Source: Candidatus Lloydbacteria bacterium CG22_combo_CG10-13_8_21_14_all_47_15 (lineage in GTDB: Bacteria > Patescibacteriota > Minisyncoccia > Phycocordibacterales > 21-14-all-47-15). Taken from it: a stretch of 47,716 nucleotides of DNA. Below the pieces are notes generated by a model that was not told where the DNA came from, searched no databases, and saw nothing but the letters and a program-made list of their open reading frames with translations. This document shows positions 8,001 to 15,796 of this stretch, in pieces (the first letter of the stretch is position 1; every line of letters begins with the position of its first letter). The stretch lies in the NCBI GenBank assembly GCA_002771515.1, contig PCTL01000033.1:1-47716 (forward strand), given 5' to 3'. Position numbers and translations under genes: made by a program.

Positions 8001-8530
8001 ATCCATGACGATTTTGACGGTTTACCTTTTTCAACCCAACCGGCACGCCTACCATACGCAACACATGCATTTGCAAACTGCTCCGGACGCACACCTGATC
8101 CTCGAAAATACTCTTTGTTGGCATTGAAAATATCGCTCAACATTACGGTACGGTCCGCAAAAGGTTCTTTGCAAGCGGCGTTTACTTCTTGTTTTACTTT
8201 TGGATATTTTTTAAATAATCCATTCAAAAAGTAATGAGTATGCACACGGTCAGTATTCCGTTTCCACAGATGCTTTCGCGCATACGCGTCGCACGCATTC
8301 ATAAAGCGCGTTTCAATGTTATCAGGTGTCGTGTACTTTAAAATGAATGCTCGATATTGCCCGCACATCTTCCTTAAATTTTCAACCCGTTTTTCATACA
8401 CCTGAATAAAACATCTCCGTAATGACTTTTCAACTTCCGGATGCGCTTCCAAGAGCCGCAACAGATACTGTGAATGAGCGCCTCGTTTCGTGAGTTTCTT
8501 TTTCCGTGTATGTTCTATTTTTTTAGCCAC
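5054..8530 (-). CDS. Large protein: N-terminal helical repeats plus two calcineurin-like metallophosphoesterase-like domains
   Basis: 1158-aa ORF. C-terminal domain has DRHYG, NDDGVQG, GTGNH and GDKH motifs. The degenerate first domain has NAFHIG, SNMFH, LGWQEE and ICHP. Confidence 0.7.
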   Translation of the reverse strand: MAKKIEHTRKKKLTKRGAHSQYLLRLLEAHPEVEKSLRRCFIQVYEKRVENLRKMCGQYRAFILKYTTPDNIETRFMNACDAYARKHLWKRNTDRVHTHYFLNGLFKKYPKVKQEVNAACKEPFADRTVMLSDIFNANKEYFRGSGVRPEQFANACVAYGRRAGWVEKGKPSKSSWIADESFEVQKLLKSKWKTEPSLEKIAQDLIDAGAKKRVITANDLINAGRTLFLTGRKKLFLQQRDVWNDVPGLSKRLTECFKSGVIAKRGIDAIAKELKQEFAEALKEKSHRLTIKDIKAELEALFWTKDRESSMKEAIRGDMTFDEWYKYHDIMPLSLAKEKWRWMTGATTSSPRAIGHISGFNRFKELFDLKSKEVRLFSFPEHSFASPFSIPVSDADNWSVSLPNAFHIGAVHSRNIEENPARLSLVDARRRGDAAVILSNMFHLDIAKKDAGGPLNVLRALVAGYNPNVDLLDEAYQEEAQAILEGKSDDLLYERTEEAFKNLLQGLRKVCVQPDGSPEYPGPVYVLLGWQEEALAAAIARWEMLYRTELLRLKLDSEIRVAKKAGNITQAEILQARRSRTVISNVRYQRRERFQQALVYIVKQIEATIPNAVVIGMGSACFKIGSATLEVKIPSHDRVTGSLLDDEVSGHTPKVLRRELADATVICHPFSLGYRSTNRERDSMGKRGRDARIIIAPVLINDEYVRARITNTVRKAHQLSRLVSNEQFCPGVVRLTCCSGMVNTDDLSIKTLLTHANIPHKEGAQLQTIPGGYGKSKYIYFYFDTDRHYGSRNREHIWIPEQESYGGVGEATIALLRRAGMCTPAAFPIHCATTNDDGVQGNHFQVQQQPHPQQVPYAFIEQYLSDAKKDMLNADTPEKRAKCFSDTRDFILRQFLLRGVDWTQDQVEEVFARHIEPNLDFYNCLISRALQSGLRFRGISELAGVPFDGRDIGACMIGTGNHFAKTVNKEMTEGVLYARSIRERLRALPKWRDKEEVLKKYIKAPLYSNQFIAWGIIETPGGCQFGIDFRSTPDAHGVNWNDPLLKVINNDYKKRGNYSRIFDGVEAVFKTFGDKHFHASASTARTIYHMTASSTTTDLFGELGFPPNNTGNSIVGLPADGFASGPVIRRVFCYRQVKELVEKPGANIDWEKFLPNPL

Positions 8531-8620
8531 GCGAAACCTCTTTCTTTTTATTTTTCAACGAACGGCACCTTCCTTATTCAAGCGTAACAGACCCGAAAAA
8601 AAGCACTGTGGATAAATAAA

Positions 8621-8649
8621 AAGCCGGTGTGGTCTGATGATACCGGCTT
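8621..8649 (-). terminator. Terminator of the suf operon
   Basis: aagccggt...accggctt followed by a T-run on the - strand. Confidence 0.6.
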
Positions 8650-8938
8650 ATATTCCCAATGTCTTTCGGAGCGCTTCAGGCGGTTTCCACGGCGGTTCAA
8701 AGACGATGTCAACCGTCACACCGGCAGGCTTTAACTCCCAGAGCGCGTCTTCCACCGCTGTGACAATCTCGTTGCCATACGGGCAAAACGGCGTCGTGAG
8801 CGTCATCGTCACAGCAATACCTCCGTCGCTGTCCGTCTGAATCTCATATATCAGCCCGAGTGTGTAAATATCAATATTAAGTTCAGGGTCAATTACTCCC
8901 TGTAATGTTTTAATAATTTTTTGTTCTGTGATGTGCAT
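8648..8938 (-). CDS. sufT: Metal-sulfur cluster assembly factor (DUF59/SufT-like)
   Basis: VIDPEL.IDIY.LGLIY, MTLTTPFCP, FEPPW. Confidence 0.9.
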   Translation of the reverse strand: MHITEQKIIKTLQGVIDPELNIDIYTLGLIYEIQTDSDGGIAVTMTLTTPFCPYGNEIVTAVEDALWELKPAGVTVDIVFEPPWKPPEALRKTLGI

Positions 8939-8972
8939 ATATTTACCGCATATTTATTCCACTCTGCGCGCG

Positions 8973-9710
8973 CTATTTTTTGCACACAAGCTGTGTATAC
9001 CCCTGTTCTTTTATCTCACGGGCAAGATCGGTACCGCCGGATCGAACTATTTTTCCACCGTACATAACATGCACCGCGTCCGGCGCGCTTATATCTAAAA
9101 TAGTGTCATAGTGCGTTACCACAAGAAACCCCATACCTCGTTTCCGAAATGCGTCAATCGTCTTAAACACCAGACGAAGAGAATCACGGTCAAGTCCGGA
9201 ATCTATTTCATCAAGCATCGCGAATTTAGGTTCAAGAATGGCAAGTTGGATAAGCTCCGCGTGCTTCTTCTCTCCGCCTGATAGCCCTTCATGTACAGGA
9301 CGCTTGAGAAGCATTGCGTCAAGACCGAACTGCTCGGCTATACTCTCAGCGCGAGCGTAAAAATCAAGCGCTGATTCTGCTGTGCCGTGAAGCGCGGACG
9401 ATGCCTTATAAAGAAAAGACGCAAGTGGAACGCCCGGTATCGCCGGCGGATTCTGAGGTGAAAGGAAGAGTCCTTTTTTTGCTTTCTCTTCTGTTGGAAA
9501 ACCGGTAACATCTTCGCCGTCCAAAAGAATCTTTCCACGAGAAATCGTATGCGACGGATACCCCATTGAACCATTTAATAGTGTGCTCTTCCCAGAACCG
9601 TTTTGCCCCATAAGAATATGGAGCTCGCCGCGCGGAATTGCAAAAGAAACATCCCGAACGATGGAGCGCCCTTCTCGAGCTATGGAAATTGTATCAAAAA
9701 TAAGCGACAT
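8973..9710 (-). CDS. sufC: Fe-S assembly ATPase SufC
   Basis: MGQNGSGKST, GLSGGEKK, LDEIDSGLD, VVTHY. Confidence 0.92.
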   Translation of the reverse strand: MSLIFDTISIAREGRSIVRDVSFAIPRGELHILMGQNGSGKSTLLNGSMGYPSHTISRGKILLDGEDVTGFPTEEKAKKGLFLSPQNPPAIPGVPLASFLYKASSALHGTAESALDFYARAESIAEQFGLDAMLLKRPVHEGLSGGEKKHAELIQLAILEPKFAMLDEIDSGLDRDSLRLVFKTIDAFRKRGMGFLVVTHYDTILDISAPDAVHVMYGGKIVRSGGTDLAREIKEQGYTQLVCKK

Positions 9711-9758
9711 AAAGCATTTCGTCCTATAACCAGATAGTGCAATTATTTGAATCTTATG

Positions 9759-10142
9759 TCAAATGACTCTGCTTTCCATACGCCGGAGAGCTGACTGAAG
9801 CGTCTCAAGTGGAAGGAGCGCGCATTTGACGCGTGCACCTTCTATGGACACGCCGAGCAGGGAAAAAACATCTTTCTCCCCGATTGCTGAAAGTTCCTCA
9901 CGCGTCCTACCGAGAATCATATCCGTAAGAAGAGACATGGATGCCTGGCTTATAGCGCACCCTTCTCCGTCAAAGCCGACATCAGAAACGCGCCCGTCAT
10001 CGCTGAATTTCAGGTATAGGACAAGCGCATCGCCACATGAAGGATTTACTCCGTTTTCTTTAATATCAAAATCATTGAGGGGCTTTTTGTGCCGAGGATT
10101 CCGGTAATGGTCCAAAATATGTTCTTTATACAAATTGGTCAT
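9759..10142 (-). CDS. sufU: Fe-S scaffold, SufU/IscU family
   Basis: ILDHYRNPRH, NPSCGD, GCAISQAS, RVKCALL. Confidence 0.9.
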   Translation of the reverse strand: MTNLYKEHILDHYRNPRHKKPLNDFDIKENGVNPSCGDALVLYLKFSDDGRVSDVGFDGEGCAISQASMSLLTDMILGRTREELSAIGEKDVFSLLGVSIEGARVKCALLPLETLQSALRRMESRVI

Positions 10143-11488
10143 TGTTTCATTTCTAATTCAATGAGACGATTCAACTCCAGCGCGTACTCAAATGGAAGCG
10201 CCTCTATAACCGGCTCAACAAATCCGCCAACAGCCATGCGGACACATTCCGCCTCTGAAAGCCCACGGCTTTTCATATAAAAAAGTTCTTCATCACCAAT
10301 CCTGCCTACGCGCGCCTCATGCGAGATGTGGGCAGTAGCGTTCCTGTTAGTAATTGATGGGTATGTGTCGGCAGACGATACATCATCCATAATGAGCGAA
10401 TCACAAGAGACCGCCGTGTTGACACGCTCGGCATTCTGTAGAACTTTGACAAGTCCACGAAACACCGCCTTTCCTCCGCCGATTGATATTGATTTTGAGC
10501 GTACGGTTGAGACCGTATCAGACGCTATGTGTACAGCCTTTGCGCCAGTGTCCTGCACCTGTCGCCCCGATGCGAGTACGATGCTCACGCTTTCCGACTT
10601 CGCGCCACGACCAACAAGTACCGATGAGGGATATAACATGGTAACAGCACTCCCCATGTTGCCATTCACCCACTGCACTTCGCCATCTTCAAATACAAGC
10701 GCCTTTTTCGTATTCAGGTTGTAAGTATTCTTTGACCAGTTTTCAATGCTCACATATTTCACCTTCGCCTTCCGCTTCACCCATAGCTCAACGCACCCTG
10801 CGTGTAGTGATGAAGTGGTATAGTTCGGCGCCGAACATCCTTCAATGTAGGTGAGCTCGGACCCTTCATCGGCAATAATGAGCGTATGCTCAAACTGCGC
10901 CGACGACTGTCTATTCATGCGGAAATATGCTTGGAGTGGAAGTTCTACTGAAACGCCATTCGGTACATAAATAAATGTACCGCCGCTCCAGAGCGCGCCG
11001 TGAAGCATGGTGAAAATATGGTCCGCCGCCGGCACGCATTGGGTCATAAAATGTTCTTTCACAAGGTCTGGATATTTTTGAACTGCAGTATCCATATTTT
11101 CAAAAATAACACCCTTCTCCATCAGATTTTTTTTGAGCTTATGGTAAACCACACCAGAGTCATACTGCGCGCCAACCCCACCCAGCACTTCGCGCTCGGC
11201 TTTTGGAATACCCAGCTTCTCAAATGTATCTTTAATCTCTTGCGGCACTTCTTTCCATGAATCCGTCTCCGGCGCGTTCGGGTCGGTAAAGTAAGATATT
11301 GATGAAAAATCAAGCCCCGAAATATCCGGACCCCATTCAGGCAACCGTGACAACAGATACAAATCAAGCGCCTCATGGCGCCTTGCACGCATCCATTCCG
11401 GCTCATGCTTACTATCGGAAATATAATCCACAAGCATATGTGTTGGCGTGGTCATATTTAATTCTACGGTTATGCCTGCTCTGCTCAT
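10139..11488 (-). CDS. sufB: Fe-S assembly protein SufB
   Basis: GAQYDS, QFEHTLII, YIEGCSAP, SHEA, EYALELNRL. Confidence 0.95.
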   Translation of the reverse strand: MSRAGITVELNMTTPTHMLVDYISDSKHEPEWMRARRHEALDLYLLSRLPEWGPDISGLDFSSISYFTDPNAPETDSWKEVPQEIKDTFEKLGIPKAEREVLGGVGAQYDSGVVYHKLKKNLMEKGVIFENMDTAVQKYPDLVKEHFMTQCVPAADHIFTMLHGALWSGGTFIYVPNGVSVELPLQAYFRMNRQSSAQFEHTLIIADEGSELTYIEGCSAPNYTTSSLHAGCVELWVKRKAKVKYVSIENWSKNTYNLNTKKALVFEDGEVQWVNGNMGSAVTMLYPSSVLVGRGAKSESVSIVLASGRQVQDTGAKAVHIASDTVSTVRSKSISIGGGKAVFRGLVKVLQNAERVNTAVSCDSLIMDDVSSADTYPSITNRNATAHISHEARVGRIGDEELFYMKSRGLSEAECVRMAVGGFVEPVIEALPFEYALELNRLIELEMKQ

Positions 11489-11524
11489 TCAAAACATAAT
11501 ACAATACATTTTCAATAAAGGAAA

Positions 11525-11549
11525 GCAGCCGGCGCGATACGCCGACTGC
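11525..11549 (-). terminator. Terminator after the sigma paralog
   Basis: gcagccggcg...cgccgactgc hairpin, then tttccttt on the - strand. Confidence 0.5.
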
Positions 11550-11562
11550 TGAACACAACATA

Positions 11563-12483
11563 TCAGGAAATCCACTCTTTCAAACTCTCCACTCTTTTAT
11601 CCAACCTGATTTTTGCTTCCATTTCAGCCAGTATCTGTCTGACGCGTTCGCCGGTCAAACCGAATTTCTCGCCCACTTCAGTTAGTGTACCTGGCACGGC
11701 ATCGTAAAGCCCATAACGCATCTCAAGAATTCTGCGGTACCGCTCCGGAATATCAGCTAGGATACTTCGTATCTTATCTGCGAGCAATCGTCTGGAAACT
11801 TCTTCCATCGGCGATACCGCACTAGTATCGGCAATACAATCTCCGAGCAGTATCTTTTTTGCTTGCTTATCTTCGTGGTCAATAACCTTATCAATCGACA
11901 GTACTTGGTGGTAAGCCGCTTGAATAGCAGAAACTTTTTCAACAGAAATACCCATCTCGCCCGCGATATCTTCAAGAGACGGCATGACACTCGTATTCTG
12001 CCGTATACGGCGCACAGTCCGTTGGTATTTCATCATCATTTCAACCATCGGCCCCGGAACCCGTATCGTCCGTGATTGATTGGTCAGTGCGCGGGTCACG
12101 CCTTGCCGTATCCACCATGTTGCATAGGTTGAAAATTTATACCCCTTCCGCCAGTCAAACTTTTCAACCGCTTTAAAGAGACCTAGGTTCCCTTCCTGAA
12201 TTAGATCCAAAAAAGTCACTGTCTTGTATGCACGCCGATACCGTTTTGCAACGGCAATCACAAGCCGGAGATTTGCCTTAATTAAACGCTGTCTTGCTTC
12301 CTCGTTACCTAACTCTACTTGTTTCGCAAGTGTCAGTTCGTCTGCCGAAGACAGAAGCCGATATCTTCTGACCTCGTCTAAATACATGCGTACAATATCC
12401 GAAATATCATCTTCTTTGTCGTATGCCGATGTTTCTTCCTCGCGTAACTCGCCAGAAAAAGAAAAATCAAAATCATACTCCAT
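11563..12483 (-). CDS. RNA polymerase sigma-70 factor, RpoD-like paralog lacking region 1.1
   Basis: [34 protein letters not shown] and a region 4 HTH. Start is ATG 12483 or GTG 12492. Confidence 0.9.
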   Translation of the reverse strand: MEYDFDFSFSGELREEETSAYDKEDDISDIVRMYLDEVRRYRLLSSADELTLAKQVELGNEEARQRLIKANLRLVIAVAKRYRRAYKTVTFLDLIQEGNLGLFKAVEKFDWRKGYKFSTYATWWIRQGVTRALTNQSRTIRVPGPMVEMMMKYQRTVRRIRQNTSVMPSLEDIAGEMGISVEKVSAIQAAYHQVLSIDKVIDHEDKQAKKILLGDCIADTSAVSPMEEVSRRLLADKIRSILADIPERYRRILEMRYGLYDAVPGTLTEVGEKFGLTGERVRQILAEMEAKIRLDKRVESLKEWIS

Positions 12484-12542
12484 TACATCCACCCCCCTTT
12501 TTTATACCAAACACAGCAACACATTTTTAATTTTTTAATAAA

Positions 12543-12573
12543 GAACCGCAGAACATAAAACATTTTCTGCGGT
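12543..12573 (-). terminator. Terminator after rpoD
   Basis: aaccgcagaa...ttctgcggtt hairpin. Confidence 0.6.
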
Positions 12574-12599
12574 TACTTTCATATATTAAATTGATTTTG

Positions 12600-13913
12600 T
12601 CAATATCCACGCAGACGATCTGCTTTGTCATGCTGGCGGATTTTTTCGTGTGCTTTTGCTTCAATCTGCCTGATCCTCTCGCGAGTCACGCCGAATTCCT
12701 TCCCCACCTCTTCCAATGTATGCGGAATATCGCCGTGCAAACCATGACGCATCTCAAGAATTTTCTGCTCTTTCGGCGAAAGCTCCGATAGGATATCGCG
12801 CACCTGGTCGGTAAGAATACGGCGCGATGCCTCTTGCGCCGGCGAGAGAATCTTATCATCAGGAATAAAATCACCAAGCGTTGATTTTTCGTCCTCATTA
12901 TCAACCGGTTTCTCAAGCGAAACGGTTTCCTGGTCAATCTGCTGAATTGTGCGAACTTTCTCAAGCTCAATGCCCATTTCCGTCGCAATTTCTTCCGGTA
13001 ACGGATCGCGCCCCAAATCCTGCGAAAGGCGGCGTAGCACCTGTTTGTACTTCGCAATTGTTTCAACCATGTGTACCGGAATACGGATTGTCCGTGATTG
13101 GTCGGCCAGCGCGCGCGTTACCGCCTGGCGTATCCACCATGTGGCATAGGTTGAAAATTTATACCCCTTCCGCCAGTCAAACTTTTCAACCGCTTTGAAG
13201 AGGCCCAGGTTCCCTTCCTGGATTAAATCTAAAAGTGTCATATCACGGCTCCGCCCAAGATATTTTTTGGCAATTGACACAACAAGCCGTAGGTTTGCTT
13301 TTGCAAGAAGATTTTTTGCCTCTTCATCGCCGGCTTCTATCCGTTGCGCGAATTCGCGTTCCTCCGCCGCGGAAAGAAGCGAATATTGACCAATCTCTTT
13401 CAAGTACATCTGTACGGAATCGTGCGTTGAATCACGGCCAGCTCCATAGCGAGGTTCTTCTGCCTTCTTTTTGTGTGACACGCCTGAACCAAGCAGGTCG
13501 CCACTGTCCAATACATCAACACCAGCTTCACCTAATTGTTCGTAAAGGTCCTCAAGGAAGCTGATATCTTCCTCTATTGACGGAAAGAGGTTCAATAACT
13601 CACCATAGGTAATAAACCCGCGCTCTTTGCCTTTGCCAATAAGCGACGCAAGCTTTTTCTGCTTGTTGGTGTCTTTCCGCTTTTCGCGCCGCTTCGCCGG
13701 CTTTTGAATCGGCGCGCTTTTTTTTGCAACAACTCTCTGTGTGCCGGTCTTTATTTTCCCAACGCGCAATGCGGTTTTTTTCCGCGTTTTCGCCTTTGTT
13801 TTCAACGGCTTCTTAAGAATCGGCGTGCGTTTCTTTACCGTCGTCTTTTTGCGTGGCGCCTTTGTCGGTTTCGGGCGTCGCGAAGCTTGTTTAGACGGAT
13901 GTTTTGCTTTCAT
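12600..13913 (-). CDS. rpoD: Primary sigma factor RpoD with Lys/Arg-rich N-terminal extension
   Basis: Regions 1.1 to 4.2 present ([32 protein letters not shown]); downstream of dnaG. Confidence 0.95.
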   Translation of the reverse strand: MKAKHPSKQASRRPKPTKAPRKKTTVKKRTPILKKPLKTKAKTRKKTALRVGKIKTGTQRVVAKKSAPIQKPAKRREKRKDTNKQKKLASLIGKGKERGFITYGELLNLFPSIEEDISFLEDLYEQLGEAGVDVLDSGDLLGSGVSHKKKAEEPRYGAGRDSTHDSVQMYLKEIGQYSLLSAAEEREFAQRIEAGDEEAKNLLAKANLRLVVSIAKKYLGRSRDMTLLDLIQEGNLGLFKAVEKFDWRKGYKFSTYATWWIRQAVTRALADQSRTIRIPVHMVETIAKYKQVLRRLSQDLGRDPLPEEIATEMGIELEKVRTIQQIDQETVSLEKPVDNEDEKSTLGDFIPDDKILSPAQEASRRILTDQVRDILSELSPKEQKILEMRHGLHGDIPHTLEEVGKEFGVTRERIRQIEAKAHEKIRQHDKADRLRGY

Positions 13914-13961
13914 ACATAAAAGTATTACTTATTCGGTAGTAAGTATCAAGTATTCACACAC

Positions 13962-15683
13962 TTACTCCGTGCTTATTAATTCTTCCCTCTTTTTTTGTAA
14001 TCTGAGAAGTTCTGCAAGATGTTCCGCTTCTTTCGTGCTATCGCCGGTATCAATATTTTTAATGCGAATATGGAGCTCGTTGATATGCTCCTGTATCATC
14101 TCTACTTCCAGAGTGCGAAGAAGCTCTTTCACTTCCAAAGCAATGGTTTCTTTTACAGACGCTGATATTTCAGCGCGCGCTGCAAGCGCGCTCTTCTTCG
14201 CATCCGGAAAAAGTACTTCAATTTCCTCTGCGCGTTCCATGCCCACAATCTTTTCGTACGCAGATCGCACTGCTTTCGTGTCTATTGCAGGCTCTTTCAC
14301 TGATTCCTGCCAAAAAAGAATCCCAAACAACCGCTCAAGCACCGCTTCCATGTGCGTCTTTCGCGCAGAAGTAATCTTCTGTTTTCTTTGTCCGCTACCA
14401 TTTTCCGAAGCCACAGCAGGCCGTTCGCGTTTCCGCACCTCTTCCCATACCGCATCTTCCGGCACATTGAGCGCATCAGCGACTTGACGCACATACCGCG
14501 CGCGGTCTATCCTATTCGCCGTCCCGGCAATCGCCGGCAAGACCCGCTGTTCAATCGCACGCTGGCGCGCTGGCGCACCGTTCTCACGCTGAAAAATCAT
14601 CGCAAGATAAAAATTAATGAGCGGCTCTGCGGCGACAATCGCCGCGCGAAATGCTTCCGGATTGTCTTTAGCAAGGTCTGCTGGGTCCGATCCTTCAGGA
14701 AACGGCACGGCACATATCTCCATACCGAGCGCAAGCGCGAGCGTAGCGCTTCGTTCTGTCGCTGAAAGACCGGCATCATCGGAATCAAACGCAAAGATAA
14801 CGCGGTTCGTGAGTCTTCTTATACTCTCCAAATGTCCGACAGAGAGTGCAGTACCGGAAGCGGCGACCGTATGCGGCACCCCAGCTTCCTGCGCAAGCAC
14901 TACATCCATCTGCCCCTCAACGATAACGCATGCATCCCGCTTTCTGATATCGGTCTTTGCGGTATCATACCCATAGAGCGCCGTTGACTTATCGTAAAGC
15001 GCGGTCGTTGGCGTATTCATATACTTCGCTACATCATCACGATTACGCTCATCAAACACACGGCCTGAAAATCCGATGACCTTTCCCGAAGGATTCCTAA
15101 TAGGAAACATAATCCGCCCGCGAAACCTGTCGTATAAACCGCGGTCGCCACGAATCACGAGCCCGGCTTTCTCTAATACAGCGTCACTTAAACCGCGGAC
15201 GGAGAGTGCCTGTAGTAAACTCTCCCATCGGTTCGGGGCGTAGCCGATGCTGAATTTTTTTATCGCCCCCTCCGAAACCCCGCGTTCTTTTAAATAATCC
15301 AGTACATCCGGACGCGTACGAAGCGTCGTTTCGTAAAATAATGCCGCATAAGCAAGCGCGTCAAAAAGCTCCGTGCGCTCCGTGCGCTCGCGCGAATTTG
15401 AATCCGCAAGCCGCACACCGGCTTTATCCGCAAGCGACACAAGCGCCTCCCTGAAATCAACCCCCTCAATTTCCTGCACAAACGAAAAGATGTCTCCGCC
15501 GCGCCCGCATCCGAAACAATGGTATGTATTTCGCGAAGCAGAAACGATGAACGACGGTGTGCGTTCCGAGTGGAACGGACACCGCGCCTTGAAATTCGCG
15601 CCAACTTTTTCAAGTTTTATGTACGCACTAACCACTGACGCAATATCAAGCCGCTCTTTAATTTGTTCAGTGTTGGAGGACAT
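13962..15683 (-). CDS. dnaG: DNA primase
   Basis: CPFHSERTPSF Zn finger, DRFRGRIMFPI, VEGQMD and FDSDDAG TOPRIM motifs. Confidence 0.97.
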   Translation of the reverse strand: MSSNTEQIKERLDIASVVSAYIKLEKVGANFKARCPFHSERTPSFIVSASRNTYHCFGCGRGGDIFSFVQEIEGVDFREALVSLADKAGVRLADSNSRERTERTELFDALAYAALFYETTLRTRPDVLDYLKERGVSEGAIKKFSIGYAPNRWESLLQALSVRGLSDAVLEKAGLVIRGDRGLYDRFRGRIMFPIRNPSGKVIGFSGRVFDERNRDDVAKYMNTPTTALYDKSTALYGYDTAKTDIRKRDACVIVEGQMDVVLAQEAGVPHTVAASGTALSVGHLESIRRLTNRVIFAFDSDDAGLSATERSATLALALGMEICAVPFPEGSDPADLAKDNPEAFRAAIVAAEPLINFYLAMIFQRENGAPARQRAIEQRVLPAIAGTANRIDRARYVRQVADALNVPEDAVWEEVRKRERPAVASENGSGQRKQKITSARKTHMEAVLERLFGILFWQESVKEPAIDTKAVRSAYEKIVGMERAEEIEVLFPDAKKSALAARAEISASVKETIALEVKELLRTLEVEMIQEHINELHIRIKNIDTGDSTKEAEHLAELLRLQKKREELISTE

Positions 15684-15796
15684 ACATTGTATGAACTAAA
15701 CTGGTCGTGAGCGTAAAATCCTCGCAGAAGATTCTAACGCGTGCTCTGAAGAACGCGGATTGTCAATCTATATTTTGCAAGATATAGAAAAAAAAT

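Noticed and set aside
13741-14487. Long antisense ORFs (also 7341..7925, 27427..28053, 31572..32255, 38247..38903)
   Set aside because: They are shadows of real genes on the opposite strand, with no motifs or initiation signals.
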